Part shown: one piece after another, positions 1 through 11,931 of the stretch
Layout of the letters: the number at the start of each line of letters is the position of its first letter
Numbering within the stretch: the stretch's first letter is position 1
Assembly (NCBI GenBank): GCA_030704615.1
Contig: CM060733.1
Coordinates: 20,212,001 to 20,276,000, forward strand
DNA length: 64,000 bases
From: Takakia lepidozioides
Taxonomy: Eukaryota > Plantae > Bryophyta
Direction: 5' to 3'
Translations under genes and position numbers: made by a program
Notes under the pieces: model-generated
The model's input: only the letters and a program-made list of their open reading frames with translations
Told to the model about the DNA's origin: nothing
The model's database searches: none

Positions 1-40
1 TGCTGGCAATCCCCACCTGCACCTTCCTGTTCCTCTCCAC

Positions 41-3000
41 ATGAGCCCCCTACCAGAGAGTTTGCTCTCTCCTGTTGACCCGGGTTTCTTAGAAGGTGCA
101 TCATCTTTGGCTCGATTTGGCCTCGACATAGGAGGCACCCTTTGCAAAGTTGTGTTCTTCGAGCCAATAACACCAGTCGACGGTAATAATCTGTCCAAAA
201 GGATGCTCAAGAGTAAACTTTCTCAAGTGAGCGCAGTTGGAGCAAATAGAGATGGAGGAGAAGTCAAGGGTCCTGGCAGGTTCTCTTCAGTGGAGTGCAA
301 CTGTGGTGTACGAGGGAAGGCTTGCAGTGGAGACTGCAGTGGGAGAGAAGCATTTCCACGCTTTGAATCAGACATCCCTTCAAGAAATAATCATAGAATG
401 GTCAATGAAACACAGGCAGATTCTCACAGGGGCTCAGCAATTTTCGGAGAGACATCCAAGAAACAAGAGGAAAACCTTCAATTCGGGAAGGCTGTAGTCG
501 ACCCTCCTCATTGCAATGGGGAAACCAAAGTTTCAGGACATGAAGATATCTTTTCTGTAGGGAGGAAACCTGATAGCCCACCCCAGCTGCAAAAGGGGAT
601 ACAAAGTGACAGTGAGAAGGGGAACCATGTGAGAAGTGGTGTGGCGGACTTGGTCGCATGCGAATGCAGCCGATCTTCCCCAAAGGCAAGGGATTTTATT
701 ATGCTTCCTGCTAATCACAAAAAAGATGGGATCACAGGAGAGGGTGGCGGAGGAGAGGAAGTTCGTAGCAAGAAAGAGAGCTCTCAACGGCAGGCACAGA
801 AGATATGGGTTTCAAGCCATGACCCAGTCTGCCTTCCCGGTCGTGGCACACTCTACTTCAAATGTTTTGGTTTGTCCAAACCTGCCATTGATATTACCTA
901 TCCTTCCATCCTAGAAGACACCTTCGGGGACAATCTAAAAATCTCAGATGGAGGATAGAATTGCACAAGTGAGTTTTTTTGCTACACTACATGTCCGTTC
1001 TGTCTCTCCTGTAGTTTTAGTTTAGCTTCTAGCAACCTGGAGAAGAAGATGAAGAAGACTCCGACCCGAAGCCGGCGTAATTAAGAGCCACTTCGCCTGG
1101 CGGCTACTGTCACCTTTAGGGGTGGGTGAGCTCTATAAAGTGAATTTGACTACACCTAATTGGTTGGTTGGCTATTTGCTATCTTGTAGTTGTTGGTAAT
1201 AATTGCTTGTGAGGGAGCGGGTGGCTGTGTAGTTTGAAGTTGTTGGGTGAGGAGTCAACCAACCTGAACACGTAAGTGACCATGTTACTTAGTTCTACAT
1301 TGCACTTGCCACTGTTGCTGCCTAGATCTGTGTAGTCATCATTTTCTGATCTGGTAGTTGGTGGGCTGGTTTAGAAACTTGGAGGATGGAGGAGTTTCTC
1401 TCTTTAACGAAGGAGCATTCCCTGGTCACGAAAGGCAGAGCCCTTGGAGCCACTGGGTAAGTTTTGGTCTTATCCTTAGAGGTGCATCGCTCATGGTCCT
1501 CTGAAAGTTGGAAGCCAGTGGATCACACTCCTCAAAATTCAAGCTTGGCCCCACTTTTTTATCTTACACTATCACCCATGGATTTGAATAGTCTTGGCGC
1601 CTGCTCATCTCACCTCAAGAAGGAGGCTGGGGGATGATTGCATGGAGGCTGGCAGGGGTGGAGCTCGGAAGTTTGGAGATCAGTTCGTCCAGATTGCCGG
1701 CCTGCAGCTTCAACATGCTGATGAACTAAAAAGGTAGTCACTTCTCATGCAATAGCCTCCCTTTGTGGAAATTTCAGGGTGTCAGTCTCTTCATATTTCG
1801 CATGTAGCATTCAACCGCCAGCTTGGATATGGTGGTATATGGGGCGAGTAAGTGGAATTTGGGACAGGGACGATAGTCCTCGTTGAGAAGTTTTCGTTTG
1901 GCACTGAGCCTGTGATGGCTCCTCTTTTGTTGGAATGTGAAGTTTGGTGCGAGGCATTGATTTTCTTGCTAGGCATGCCTATCAAGAGAGCTTTGAATAC
2001 CCCTTAGGTATGTGAACTTACTGGTCTCCTCCTTTCTCTCTATGCTTCTTTGTGTGACTGCCTGTCTCTATCACAGCCACATGTGTTGAATTTATTTGAA
2101 GGTGGATCTCTTCCTCCATGTGGGCCACAAGATTACCACAAGCCGGTGCCTTCCTGCTTGGACCATCTTTCTGGTCTCATAGTCCTGTCCTTTGTCTATG
2201 ATTGGGTTATCCATTGCAGGTGCCTACAAAGGAGGGGTTATCCAACGGCCCTGGCTATCCCCAGAGAATAGCAGCGACGATGGGGATAGTGATTGCTCGG
2301 GAGATGAAAGCCCTTCAAGATCTCCCAACACCAAGGAAACGTCTGACTCATTGGCACCTGTCCTGTCCACTTCTGCTACTTGTCAGCCAGATGACGATTC
2401 ACTAGAGCAGCGAAAAGCTGGCAAGAAGGAAAAGGGAAGCCTCCTTAGGGGTCCGGTTCTTGCAACACCCAGGAATGGCTGGTTGGGAGGAAGCGAGGCC
2501 TTGTATCCCTATCTTGTTGTAGGTGGCAAAACTGTCCCCGGATGTGCTAGGTGCTTTTGGAAAGTTCGTGAAGAGAGGAAACAAATGAAGTTGGTGGTAT
2601 TGCCCAAGCTACTCCATTACTGGCAGAAAATTACCTCTTTAAACAGCTGATAAAGTTCCCCTAGGCAAGCACTCATAGCAGTCGAAGCGAAATAGAAGGG
2701 ACAAGTATACTAAGTAACAGTACATAATCCTCGCTTCCAGGGATTATCATCAGTGTTGGTTTGGTGCCCAGGTGAATATAGGGTCAGGTGTAAGCATTTT
2801 GCGTGTCGACTCTGCTGACAAGTTTGAGCGTGTTGGTGGAACCAGTCTTGGCGGAAGGTCTTAACCTCTTCCTAGCCTTCTCCTCCAATCTTTACTGTTG
2901 GTCTCTTCAGTGACATGTAGGCAAATCCACAAGCGATTTTAAAGACATTCCTATTAGTAGAAAGTCAACCGGTTCTGTAGCCTCCTCAAACATGTATGTG

Positions 3001-6000
3001 CTCAATATCCAGCATCATAGAGGCCTCTGTGTCAGTGGGGTCCACCTAGCAGCTCACTTTATGAAGGCCTAGTTTTAAATGCTACTAAGAGAAACATTCT
3101 GGTTACTTGTGTGCTGCAGCACTTTCCTTGGGCTGGCATCAGCTCTCACAGGCTGCACCAGGTGAGTTGTACCAAAGAGCCTATTGGCAAGAATTTATGC
3201 TGTGCATCCTCAATTTAATGTGGTTTGTAGGAAAGTGTTTGTGTTACCCCTTCTATTGTTGCATGCCTAGGGCAGAAGGTTTTAGGGCCAGTCTTGTCTG
3301 GATCTGTGAACAACTTTTTTTGCAATCAAGACGGCATTACTAAATGGTTCTCTTTGTCCTGCTGCAGTTTTGAGGAGGCAATTGGATTGGCAATACAGGG
3401 AGATTCCACCCAGATTGATATGCTTGTTGGGGATATCTATGGTAACTAAAGCAACCTTTACCCTACTTATAGGTTTGAAGATGCTGCAACAGAGGTCTGA
3501 CTGAAGATTTTGAGTTTGACATCATCATAAGCACTCCTGCTACACCTAGAGGCCCGCTTGGTTGAATACTGGAACAGTTAAGAGATGGTACAATTTGTAG
3601 CAAACACAAATGAGGGGATATAATCAGATACTGTGACTAGGCGCTCATGGAAAAATCGACTGCCCACCAGAAGACCTCAGCCTTCATTGTAAGCTGCATC
3701 ACATGCAGCACTGCAAGGTTATTGATTATCTAAGTGATCATGAGAGCTATTCTGACAACCACACCCAAAATTTATGTTGGTACTGGTAGGTGCCTGGGTA
3801 CTTTGTTCCAGAGAAACCTATGTGACAAGTGCCTTACAAAGTATTTGTGTGGGGATGAGGTATCCAGGGGGTGATTACACGGAGATGGGCCTTGCTGCAA
3901 CGACAGTTGCCAGTTCTTTTGGCAAGGTAGTTTCTGAACCCTTTCTGCCAGAGGAGATTTGGCATCAATACACAAAACATCAAGACCCTCTTGTGGTGGA
4001 ACGATCACATTCCCTTGTGCTTGAATTATGTATAGCAATCACTCTGCTCTCTGCAGTTGGGCAGAATTATTTTTTTGGTCTCTCGCTGTTTGTCTATCTC
4101 TCTCCCTGCCCTCTAGGAAGCCTATCGACATTGGGTGGACTTGAAATGGGAGTAGATAAATGTCTCTGTGACTAAATGCCGGCCTTGCGACCTCGTGTCT
4201 TGGTTTGTTTTGACCTGAAGCACTCTGCTTTGGGTAAGGTAGTACATTGGATTTAGTTGGAGAGTCTGGGGCCTCTCCCTCTTTAGAACATGTCTACGCG
4301 GGCCATTCCCTGCAGCTCCTTTGGAGTGGTGATCTCTGAATGGTAACAAGCGGACCCCTACCGCTTGGGGGCAGCCCCTCCGCCCAAAATGGGCAGTTGC
4401 ATGCTCTGTCTAGCATGCTCGGCACTTGGGCTAGGGTTGGTGCTTGTGCTTAAACTTACAGCCTGCAAATACAGAAAAATTATTTGGCCACTCCGATAAT
4501 AACACTACTCAGGGTGATTCCTGGGAAATGGTTACTTATGCCAAATCTAGAGCTTCATGTGTAGTTTTTGGGGTGAATCCCAGGATGGACGATGTGTCCT
4601 TTAAAACTACCTGCTCCAGCTTAGGCTTGGATTATGTGGCTAATGGCACCATCTCAAGATTGGATAACAGAGGTACTTTGAAGGTTTCATTTCCTAAATC
4701 TGCTACAAATAGAATTCCACATCAAATCAGCTTCAAAGAAATTCGCCACTTGACTGGTTGGAGGGCGGTCTTAGACATTGGTGATCCAATGAGGCGCTCC
4801 AGGAAGACAGTCAAGTGTGGGGACTTCAACTTGAAAGTTTCTAACCGGTTTGAAGCCCTGGAAGAGATTGATACCAAGCAGCCAGACAGGTTAGTTGGCC
4901 CTATGTGTGCTGAGGCTGAGCGTCAGGAACCTGAAGGATTTGGCACTCTGAATGGATTGCCAATCCTTAAGGCTTACTCTAGAAGAATTAAATCTTCGCC
5001 TGAAGGATTTGGCACTCTGAATGGTTTGCCAATCCTTAAGGTTTACTCTAGAAGAATTAAATATTCGCCTGAAGGATTTGGCACCCTGCATGGTTTGCCA
5101 ATCCTTAAGGTTTACTCTAGACGCCCAAAATCTACACATGGGGCAACTGATCCCCCTTTGCAGAGTGGTTGGTCATCCAGGAGCAATCATAGGCTCCCTA
5201 GACGGCAAACAATCCATATGCAAAAGGCTGGCTTGCGGCTGGGCACTTTCAACTTCTCGGGGTTGACTAACCAAAGGAAACAATTTGAAGTGGGACAAGT
5301 TCTTCAGTCAAATGGTATTCATATTTGTGCTGGGCAAGAGACATGGGAAACTTCGGACAAACTGGTTAGAGATGTCAACGGCTACCGTTGGTTTGGCAAG
5401 ATGTGTGCGCTTAAGGTGACCTCTGCCAAGCGTGGGCAAAAAGGCGTTGGCTTCTTTGTCCGAGATTTCTTGTGTGACAATTGTGAAATTATCAACAAGG
5501 ATTTGCGGTATGAGCACAGTATCTGGCTGAAACTGAAATTGAAGGGCAGCGTGAGTAGGAAGGACCTCTTTGTGGGATGAGTTTACATGCCCACAGAGGG
5601 GACCCTTAGTGCTGACGCAGATAAAGCCTTCGAAGACGTAAAGCTGGACTGTGCTAAGTTCCTTGCCAAGGGTCAGGTGGTCTTATTGGGTGACTTCAAT
5701 GCCCGGGTGGGTAAAGGTCTTCACCAGGATGATATCATCGGACCTTTTGGTGAGGACGAGCTGAACTCTAATGGAAGACGGTTAATTAACTGTCTGGAAG
5801 AGCTTCAGCTTTCGACCCTGAACAATAGGTCAAAAGGTGACCCGATGCAGTGGACCCGTGAGAAAGCCCAAACTGGGGAACGATCCATTGTGGATTATAT
5901 CATAGTGGACAAGAATCTGTTTCCCCAGTGTGCCAATGTGTTAATTGACAGAACTGATATTGGTACCTCTGACCACTTTCTGGTTTGGACTGAGATCAAA

Positions 6001-9000
6001 AGGTGTTTCCCCAACACCAAGAGATCTGTGAAACGTTCGATCCAGAAGTGGCGCATTGAAAAATTCCGAAATGAAGAGGTCAAGGCTGAGTATGTCCAGG
6101 CCTTGCAAGAGGCTCTGCCCAACTTTGTCCATTCGCTCCAAGACCTTCAATCTCGCGCTGGCAATGCAAGAAAGGAAGTCGAAAGAGCGGTGGACTCTTG
6201 GGAGAGTTTCGTCTCTTCTGTGGCTGAAAAGATCATTGGGAGGAAACTAATTGTCTGTGGTAGAGCTGTTAATTGGTTGACCAATGAGATCAAACTCAAG
6301 ATTGCCGAGAGACGAGCCCTCTATAAAGAATGCTGCAGAATGAAAGCCAATAATGACCTTTGGGTTAGGTACTACCAGCTCCGCAAAGATATCAATCAGC
6401 TTGTAAGGTCTCAGAAGAAACTATATTGGGATAAGTTTTACGGGGAAATAAACTCAAACCACCATGGTGGTAATGACAAGAAATTCTGGTTGGCCCTTCA
6501 ACGTCTGTACAAGCTGAAAAATTGTCAGCAAGTACAAGCGCTGAGGACCCCTAAGGGTGCAGTGGTGACTTCAACGGCTGACATTGTCAACACCTTTGAA
6601 ACCCACTACAGTACACTTGGTAGAAATTCTAGTTCTAGCAGAGAGGGGTTTTCTGAAGCATGGAATGACATAGAAAGAACTGTGTCTATGATTCAAGATA
6701 GCCTTGATGAACTGGAGTATATTTCAGAGGGTTATAACGCTCCCATTAGTTCCTCTGAGATTGCGGAAGCAATTGAGCATCTAAACGGATACAAAGCTGG
6801 TGGCCCTGATGGCATTGTCAATGAGCTTATCAAGCATGGTGGTGACCCTATGATAGAGGCCCTTGTTCTTCTCTTTAACCTTATATGGAGGACTGAAATT
6901 ACCCCCTTTCGCTGGCGGCAGGGGGTCATTGTCAATTTATATAAGAAAGGTGACAGAGAAGAGCCGGGTAACTATCGGGGCATCATGCTTCTTAATGCAG
7001 TTGGCAAGATATTCTGCAGAGTTATAAGTACTCGTCTCGAGGTTGATCTGGAGTCCAGAGGTTGTTTCCATGAAGGCCAAGCTGGCTTTCGGCGAAACAG
7101 GGGCTGCGTGGATCATATCTTCACACTCAGCCAGATTATCCAGGGAAGGAAAAAAGAAGGAAAACCTACCTTTGTCTTTTTCTTGGATGTCAAAAAGGCC
7201 TATGACACTGTGTGGAGAGACGGTCTATGGCTCCGACTCTGGTCTTCCGGGATCAAGGGAAAGATGTGGAGAGTGGTCCATAACTTGTATGCTCACACTA
7301 AAAGCTGTGTCACTGTAAATGGACAGAAGTCTAATTTCTTTGACATAGACCAAGGTGTAGCTCAAGGATGTACCCTCTCCCCTCTGCTCTTCAATGTTTT
7401 CATCAATCAACTACTGGAGGATGTGGAAAGTGAGGGATTTGGGTTAAGGGTGGGTGATGCCACCATACCAGCCCTTATGTTTGCGGATGACTTCGCAGGC
7501 ATAGGGGAGACTCCTTCCAACCTCCAGGGGCTGATAGATTGCGCGAAGAGATACTTTGATCTTTGGGGGCTAGAGGCCAATGTCAGTAAATGCGCAGTGG
7601 TGGCATTCAACGACCGGGGGGAAGGAGGAGGCGATCTCAAGTGGCAGTGGGGAAGCCAAGAGATCCCTGTTCTCCCCTCCTACACCTATCTTGGCGTTGA
7701 GTTTTCCTCCAACTGTAATTGGGAAGCACATATTCAAAGAGTGGTTCAATCTGGCAAACGCAAAGCGCTGGGTCTCACTAAATTTTTCCACTGCAGAGGG
7801 ATCAACTCTGACGTCAAAAAAACCATGCTTTGCCGCGTTATCAGGCCGGCCTTGGAGTATGCATCTGCTGTATGGGTTGATAACTCCAACCAGGCTAAGT
7901 CTCTTGAATCCATCCAAGTCGGGGTGCTCAAGGAGTGCATGTCAGCATGCTCCAAAACAGCTAATGTGGCTGTTCGGGGTGGGTTTGGCATTCCTCCCTT
8001 AAGCTCCTGACGCGATGAATTCAAAATCAGATGGTGGGGTCAGCTGCAACGTATGGCTAATACCAGATATCCTAAGTTAATCGACTCTATATCTTGGAAG
8101 CAGGACCGCCCTGTCAAACAGGCTAAATCCTGGCGGAAAAGGGTAGAAGAGATTTTCAAGGATCTGAATCTTAGTCCACTAGCCATGACCCTGCTGGATA
8201 AATCTGGCTTAGAAGCTGAAGTTTCCGAAGCCATGTCTATTGCCAGGAAATTGTCTGAAGAAAATGAAGTTAGGCAGAAAACTTCCCTCAACCTGTTTCC
8301 AGTCTGTGACATGGGTGAGGCCATCATGGATGACCTCAAGGGTCTACCCACCCTCGGCACTAAATTCAAACTCAGGGCGGGTAGCCTACCTTTGAAGAAC
8401 AAACAGTGACAGAGAGGAAAGGGGGATTGTAAGTGCCCGTTGTGTGGGCAACCTGAAGACAATATTCACTTCCTGATTCATTGTCCTGGGTACTCTCACC
8501 AACGGGACACCCTCTTCCATTCCATCAAGGAAATTGTGCCTGTACCTCTGTTTAACAACTTTGAAAATCTTGAGGCTGAGCCAAAAGCCCAGGCCCTTTT
8601 GGGGTCTAGCTATTGGGCAAATCACACACATCAGATTGATGCTTGTGTGAAGGGATTTCTGGAGGATATATGGAAATCTCGGATCAACTGTTTATTCCAA
8701 GGTAAATCATACTACCGGCGTCAGCCCCTGACAAAGGTAGTTTCTGTCCCTTTATGTTCCGTTCAAACTGGGCGCGGGGTCAATGGCCACAAGGCTACGG
8801 CAAACAATGTCTTATGAGTACAATCTCTCCACTGCAGGGAGGAGGGGATCTGAAATGGAAATGGGGTAATGAAGAGATCTCTGTACTCCCTTCCTACACA
8901 TACCTTGGTGTTGAAATTTCCTCCTGCTGTAACTGGGATGCGCATATACAAAAAGTGATTCAATCAGCTAAACGCAGAGCTTTGGGTCCCACCACATTTA

Positions 9001-10274
9001 ATATTGGAGTTAAAAGGACCATGCTATGCACCGTTATTAGGCCTGCCTTGGAGTACGTACATGGCACTAGACTGAAATTTAAACTCAGGGCGGGAAGCCT
9101 ACCTTTGAACAATACAGAGAGGGAAAGGAGATTGCAATTGCACCAGGTGCGGGCAGCCTGAGGACAATATCCAGTTCTGATACACCGTCCGGACCCGAGG
9201 GTGACCCTCTTCAGGAACATCGAGAACATTGTTCCTGCACCTCTGTTCACCAACTTTGGACTGAGCCTAATGCCCTGGCCCTGTTGGGGTCTAATTGCTG
9301 GGCACCTGCCACACAGCAGGTGGATGCTTGTGTGAAGGGCTTTGTAGAGGATATCCGAAAAGCCCAAACTAATTGTCCTTATCTTGGTAAGTACCACTAC
9401 CGGAGTGAGCCCCTCACAAAGGTAGCGTCTGTTCCCTCTTGTTCCACCCAAACTGGGCGCGGGGTTTATGGCCACAAGGCTACAAACGTCAATCTCTCCC
9501 TCATGTCACACTTGCTAGGAGTCTTAGAAGATCTCTTATTCTGAGTCCTTGTGAGAGGGTGTCTATGTGGAACAGCTGGTGGAACCAAAAAGGAGAGATG
9601 CAGCGATGCAGGCACCACAGAATTTGGCCAAGGCAGTGCTGCTGATGGTGACCAACAATATTGGCTCCATTGCTATGCTCCATGCACGGGCGGCTGGGGT
9701 CCGCCAAATCATGTTCACTGGCAGCTTCCTCCATGAAAATAAGGTTCCCAAACTTGTGATAAATCTTTGTCTGCAATAGCTACCTTGCCACTTCACAGTG
9801 TGTCTAGCACTTTGGGTATCAAAATGGGTGAGTATAACCAGCAGAAATGCCCCAATTTTTAGAACTCTGTGTGTTTACATTATTCTACATTGGTGGTAAC
9901 TGTGTTGATTTAGAAAGGGTAGCGCGATTTCTGTATTTCAGATTCCAACACTTTTCTGTTGTGCAGTTAGCAATGCGGCTGCTGTCTGTGGCGATGGAGT
10001 TCTGGTCCAAGGGAAATATCAAGGTCATCCTCCATGCTGTCATGTTTGGCACTGCTTTGGACCGTTAGGAAACCCCTTGATGAGGATCAAGTGTGGGTTT
10101 TGTGTGGTTGTCCTGCATTGAATGGAACATGCTCAATAATGTTGTCACTCTCTGGCTTTGGTTTGGCAGGCAATCTTTCTACGACATGAAGGCCATGCCG
10201 GAGCTGTGGGAGCCCTGTTCAGTACTCTCGAGCAATCAAACCCAATTGATGCACTCCTGCTTAACTCAAGTTGA
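41..10274 (+). CDS. PANK: Type II (fumble-family) pantothenate kinase, 12 predicted exons: 41-869, 1375-1456, 1656-1733, 1943-2007, 2220-2518, 2772-2857, 3120-3161, 3368-3441, 3868-3926, 9576-9743, 9967-10023, 10170-10274
   Basis: Manual splicing at GT-AG sites gives an in-frame protein with the PanK-II motifs FGLDIGGTLCKVVFFEP, GATGGGARKF, DELKSLVRGIDFL, YPYLVVNIGSGVSIL, ERVGGTSLGGSTFLGL, IDMLVGDIYGGDY, VASSFGK, MVTNNIGSIAML and FWSKGNIKAIFLRHEGHAGAVGAL. A small extra exon near 2102-2175 cannot be excluded. Confidence 0.93.
4528..8817 (+). pseudogene. LINE APE-RT ORF with three in-frame TGA stops (5578, 8008, 8407) and no frameshift
   Basis: ORFs 4444-5580, 5587-8010, 8053-8409 and 8440-8817 are all in the same frame. 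Stop contexts are FVG*VYMP, LSS*RDE and NKQ*QRG. Confidence 0.88.
4930..5122 (+). repeat. 69-bp in-frame tandem repeat (~2.8 copies) in the LINE N-terminal region
   Basis: PEGFGTLNGLPILK(A/V)YSRRIK(S/Y)S repeated; near-identical DNA units begin cctgaaggatttggcac. Confidence 0.95.
8835..9492 (+). mobile_element. Internally deleted, diverged copy of the LINE 3' region
   Basis: Mosaic of segments matching ~7625-7860 (GGGDLKW...RPALEY), ~8360-8470 (KFKLRAGSLPL) and ~8500-8800, ending in the same ggccacaaggctac 3' end. Confidence 0.88.
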
Positions 10275-10705
10275 GCCATCGAATCCAGTAATTTTCATGG
10301 GCTATTGATACACACTGGGCTTTTAATTCATCCCAAAACATCTTGTTTGTGGGCCATTGACCATGGCACTTCTGTTTCCCTCGATTACAAGTGGCGATGA
10401 GCTCTGCTGCAGCAAAGTACTCCCAAGTCTGAATCTTCATGAATTTCCAGCTCCAATTGTCCCTGCCACACCTGCTCAAGCCACTCTCATTGTTCTCCAC
10501 CTTTCTGAACCTGTTCAAGACTTGGAGGGTGATATGCTTCTTGGTTATCTTGACCAAGTCTTGCTGTCTTGTACCATAACGCCAAAGGGCTCCATGGCAG
10601 ATCAGTACATTTTGAAGTGTAGAGAATTTCAACACTCGAAATGATGAGGCAGCAATATCGGCTGTAGAATGTCATGGATGTTATTTATTCTTTTTGTTAT
10701 GGTCG

Positions 10706-10930
10706 CTGACTCCTCTATCTTTGGAGTTGACATCCTTCTCCTATCAAGCTATGTGTAATCCACTCCTTGTGCGGAGCTTCCCTGTCGCATTTGTGGGTGA
10801 CAGCTGACATACAGCTATGTAACATTGTGGGTGACTCCTCTGTCTTTGGAGTTGGCATCCTAGCCATTTTATCAAGCTATGTGTAATCCATTCCTTGTGC
10901 AGGGCTTCCTTGTCGCATTTGTGGGTGACA
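10706..10930. repeat. Two direct copies of a ~95-bp unit (period ~125 bp) downstream of PanK
   Basis: tgactcctct(a/g)tctttggagttg...tatcaagctatgtgtaatcca...gtcgcatttgtgggtgaca occurs at ~10706-10801 and ~10832-10930. Confidence 0.85.
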
Positions 10931-11446
10931 CTGGTAGATAGTTGCTAGGGGCAGGAGTTTACAACATGTAATTGGATCCAAGTAAGGAGCGAAGAGCACA
11001 ATCACATTCGTGTAGTTCTCTTCTCAGATGTGGTGGGGTCCATTTCTTCTCTACTCGATAAGGAAGAACAGCCTGATGCACGACTCTCCAACATACGATG
11101 TTACAGATATCCACCCGCCCGAATTTACAGATCATCGGATTCACAGTTCCCTCGGCTGCCTTGGGTTTGATGTCTGGGTGGCGGGTGGTCCAATTGTTAT
11201 ACTTAAAAGAGAGCAGATTTGGGTAGTAAAGAGTCTCACAAGTTTGTGAAAGTCAACTTTCCATCCTTTGTACAGTTACCTCATGTCAGTTTGTAAAGGT
11301 TTCATGAGTTTGTCAAAGTTTTGACATCCGTTGTATTCTCACACTGTTACGGCTCATCCATCCCATTTCCTTCGGAGTGAGGCCACAAGGGGAGAGACGA
11401 AGTGGGGAGACGAAGTGGGCAACGCAAGGCGCAACAGCAGGCAGCT

Positions 11447-11893
11447 ATGGCGTCGGGGTTTGGCATTCACGGTAAGAAAGGCCGCTGCTACGACGTGTGG
11501 ATGGACTTCAGTGACTGCATGTCCCACTGCACCATGCCCGCTGACTGTGCAGCATTGCGTGACGACTACTTTGAATGCCTGCATCATCGCAAAGAGGCTC
11601 GTCTCTCTCCCTCTCTCTATTCGTGTGATTATTTTAGGGTTAGTTGAACGTAATTCTATGGGGGATTCAAGCTGAAAGGTTTTTTTATGGGGATTTCACG
11701 TTTTCATTATCTGGGTTGTGTCCCTGTCTGGCCTCTCTCTCCAATGGAACCAGCAATGAGTCGTATCCAAGGCATTCGTTTGTCTTTCCATATTTTTTAA
11801 GCTCTCAATCCCGGAACAATCGTCCGCCAAAAGAGATCTCAGCTGTATTGATCATGGATCACTATGGATAGGCTTGCTCCTGTCTGTCAAGCG

Positions 11894-11931
<38 letters not shown>

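Larger units (their letters stand above)
4108..9492 (+). mobile_element. Non-LTR retrotransposon (APE endonuclease + RT + C-terminal CCHC finger, RTEX-like) plus a tandem deleted derivative, inside PanK intron 9
   Basis: One reading frame 4435-8817 contains APE motifs (GTFNFSGL, GQETW, LLGDFNARVG, SIVDYII, SDHFLVW), RT motifs (GNYRGIMLL, QAGFRRNRGCVDH, FLDVKKAYDTV, GVAQGCTLSPLLF, FADD) and CPLC-x7-H-x4-C. Candidate TSD TCTCTCCCT at 4099-4107 and 9493-9501 is low complexity, so the ends are approximate. Clade assignment is by eye. Confidence 0.92.

Noticed and set aside
4178-4240. HDV-like ribozyme around gacctcgtgtc
   Set aside because: The loop resembles L3, but consistent P1, P1.1 and P2 pairings could not be assigned. 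Kept only as part of the general structured-leader finding.
5578-8409. Programmed UGA readthrough or recoding in the LINE (all three stops are TGA)
   Set aside because: Single substitutions explain them (TGY>TGA, CGA>TGA by CpG deamination), and there is no shared readthrough context.
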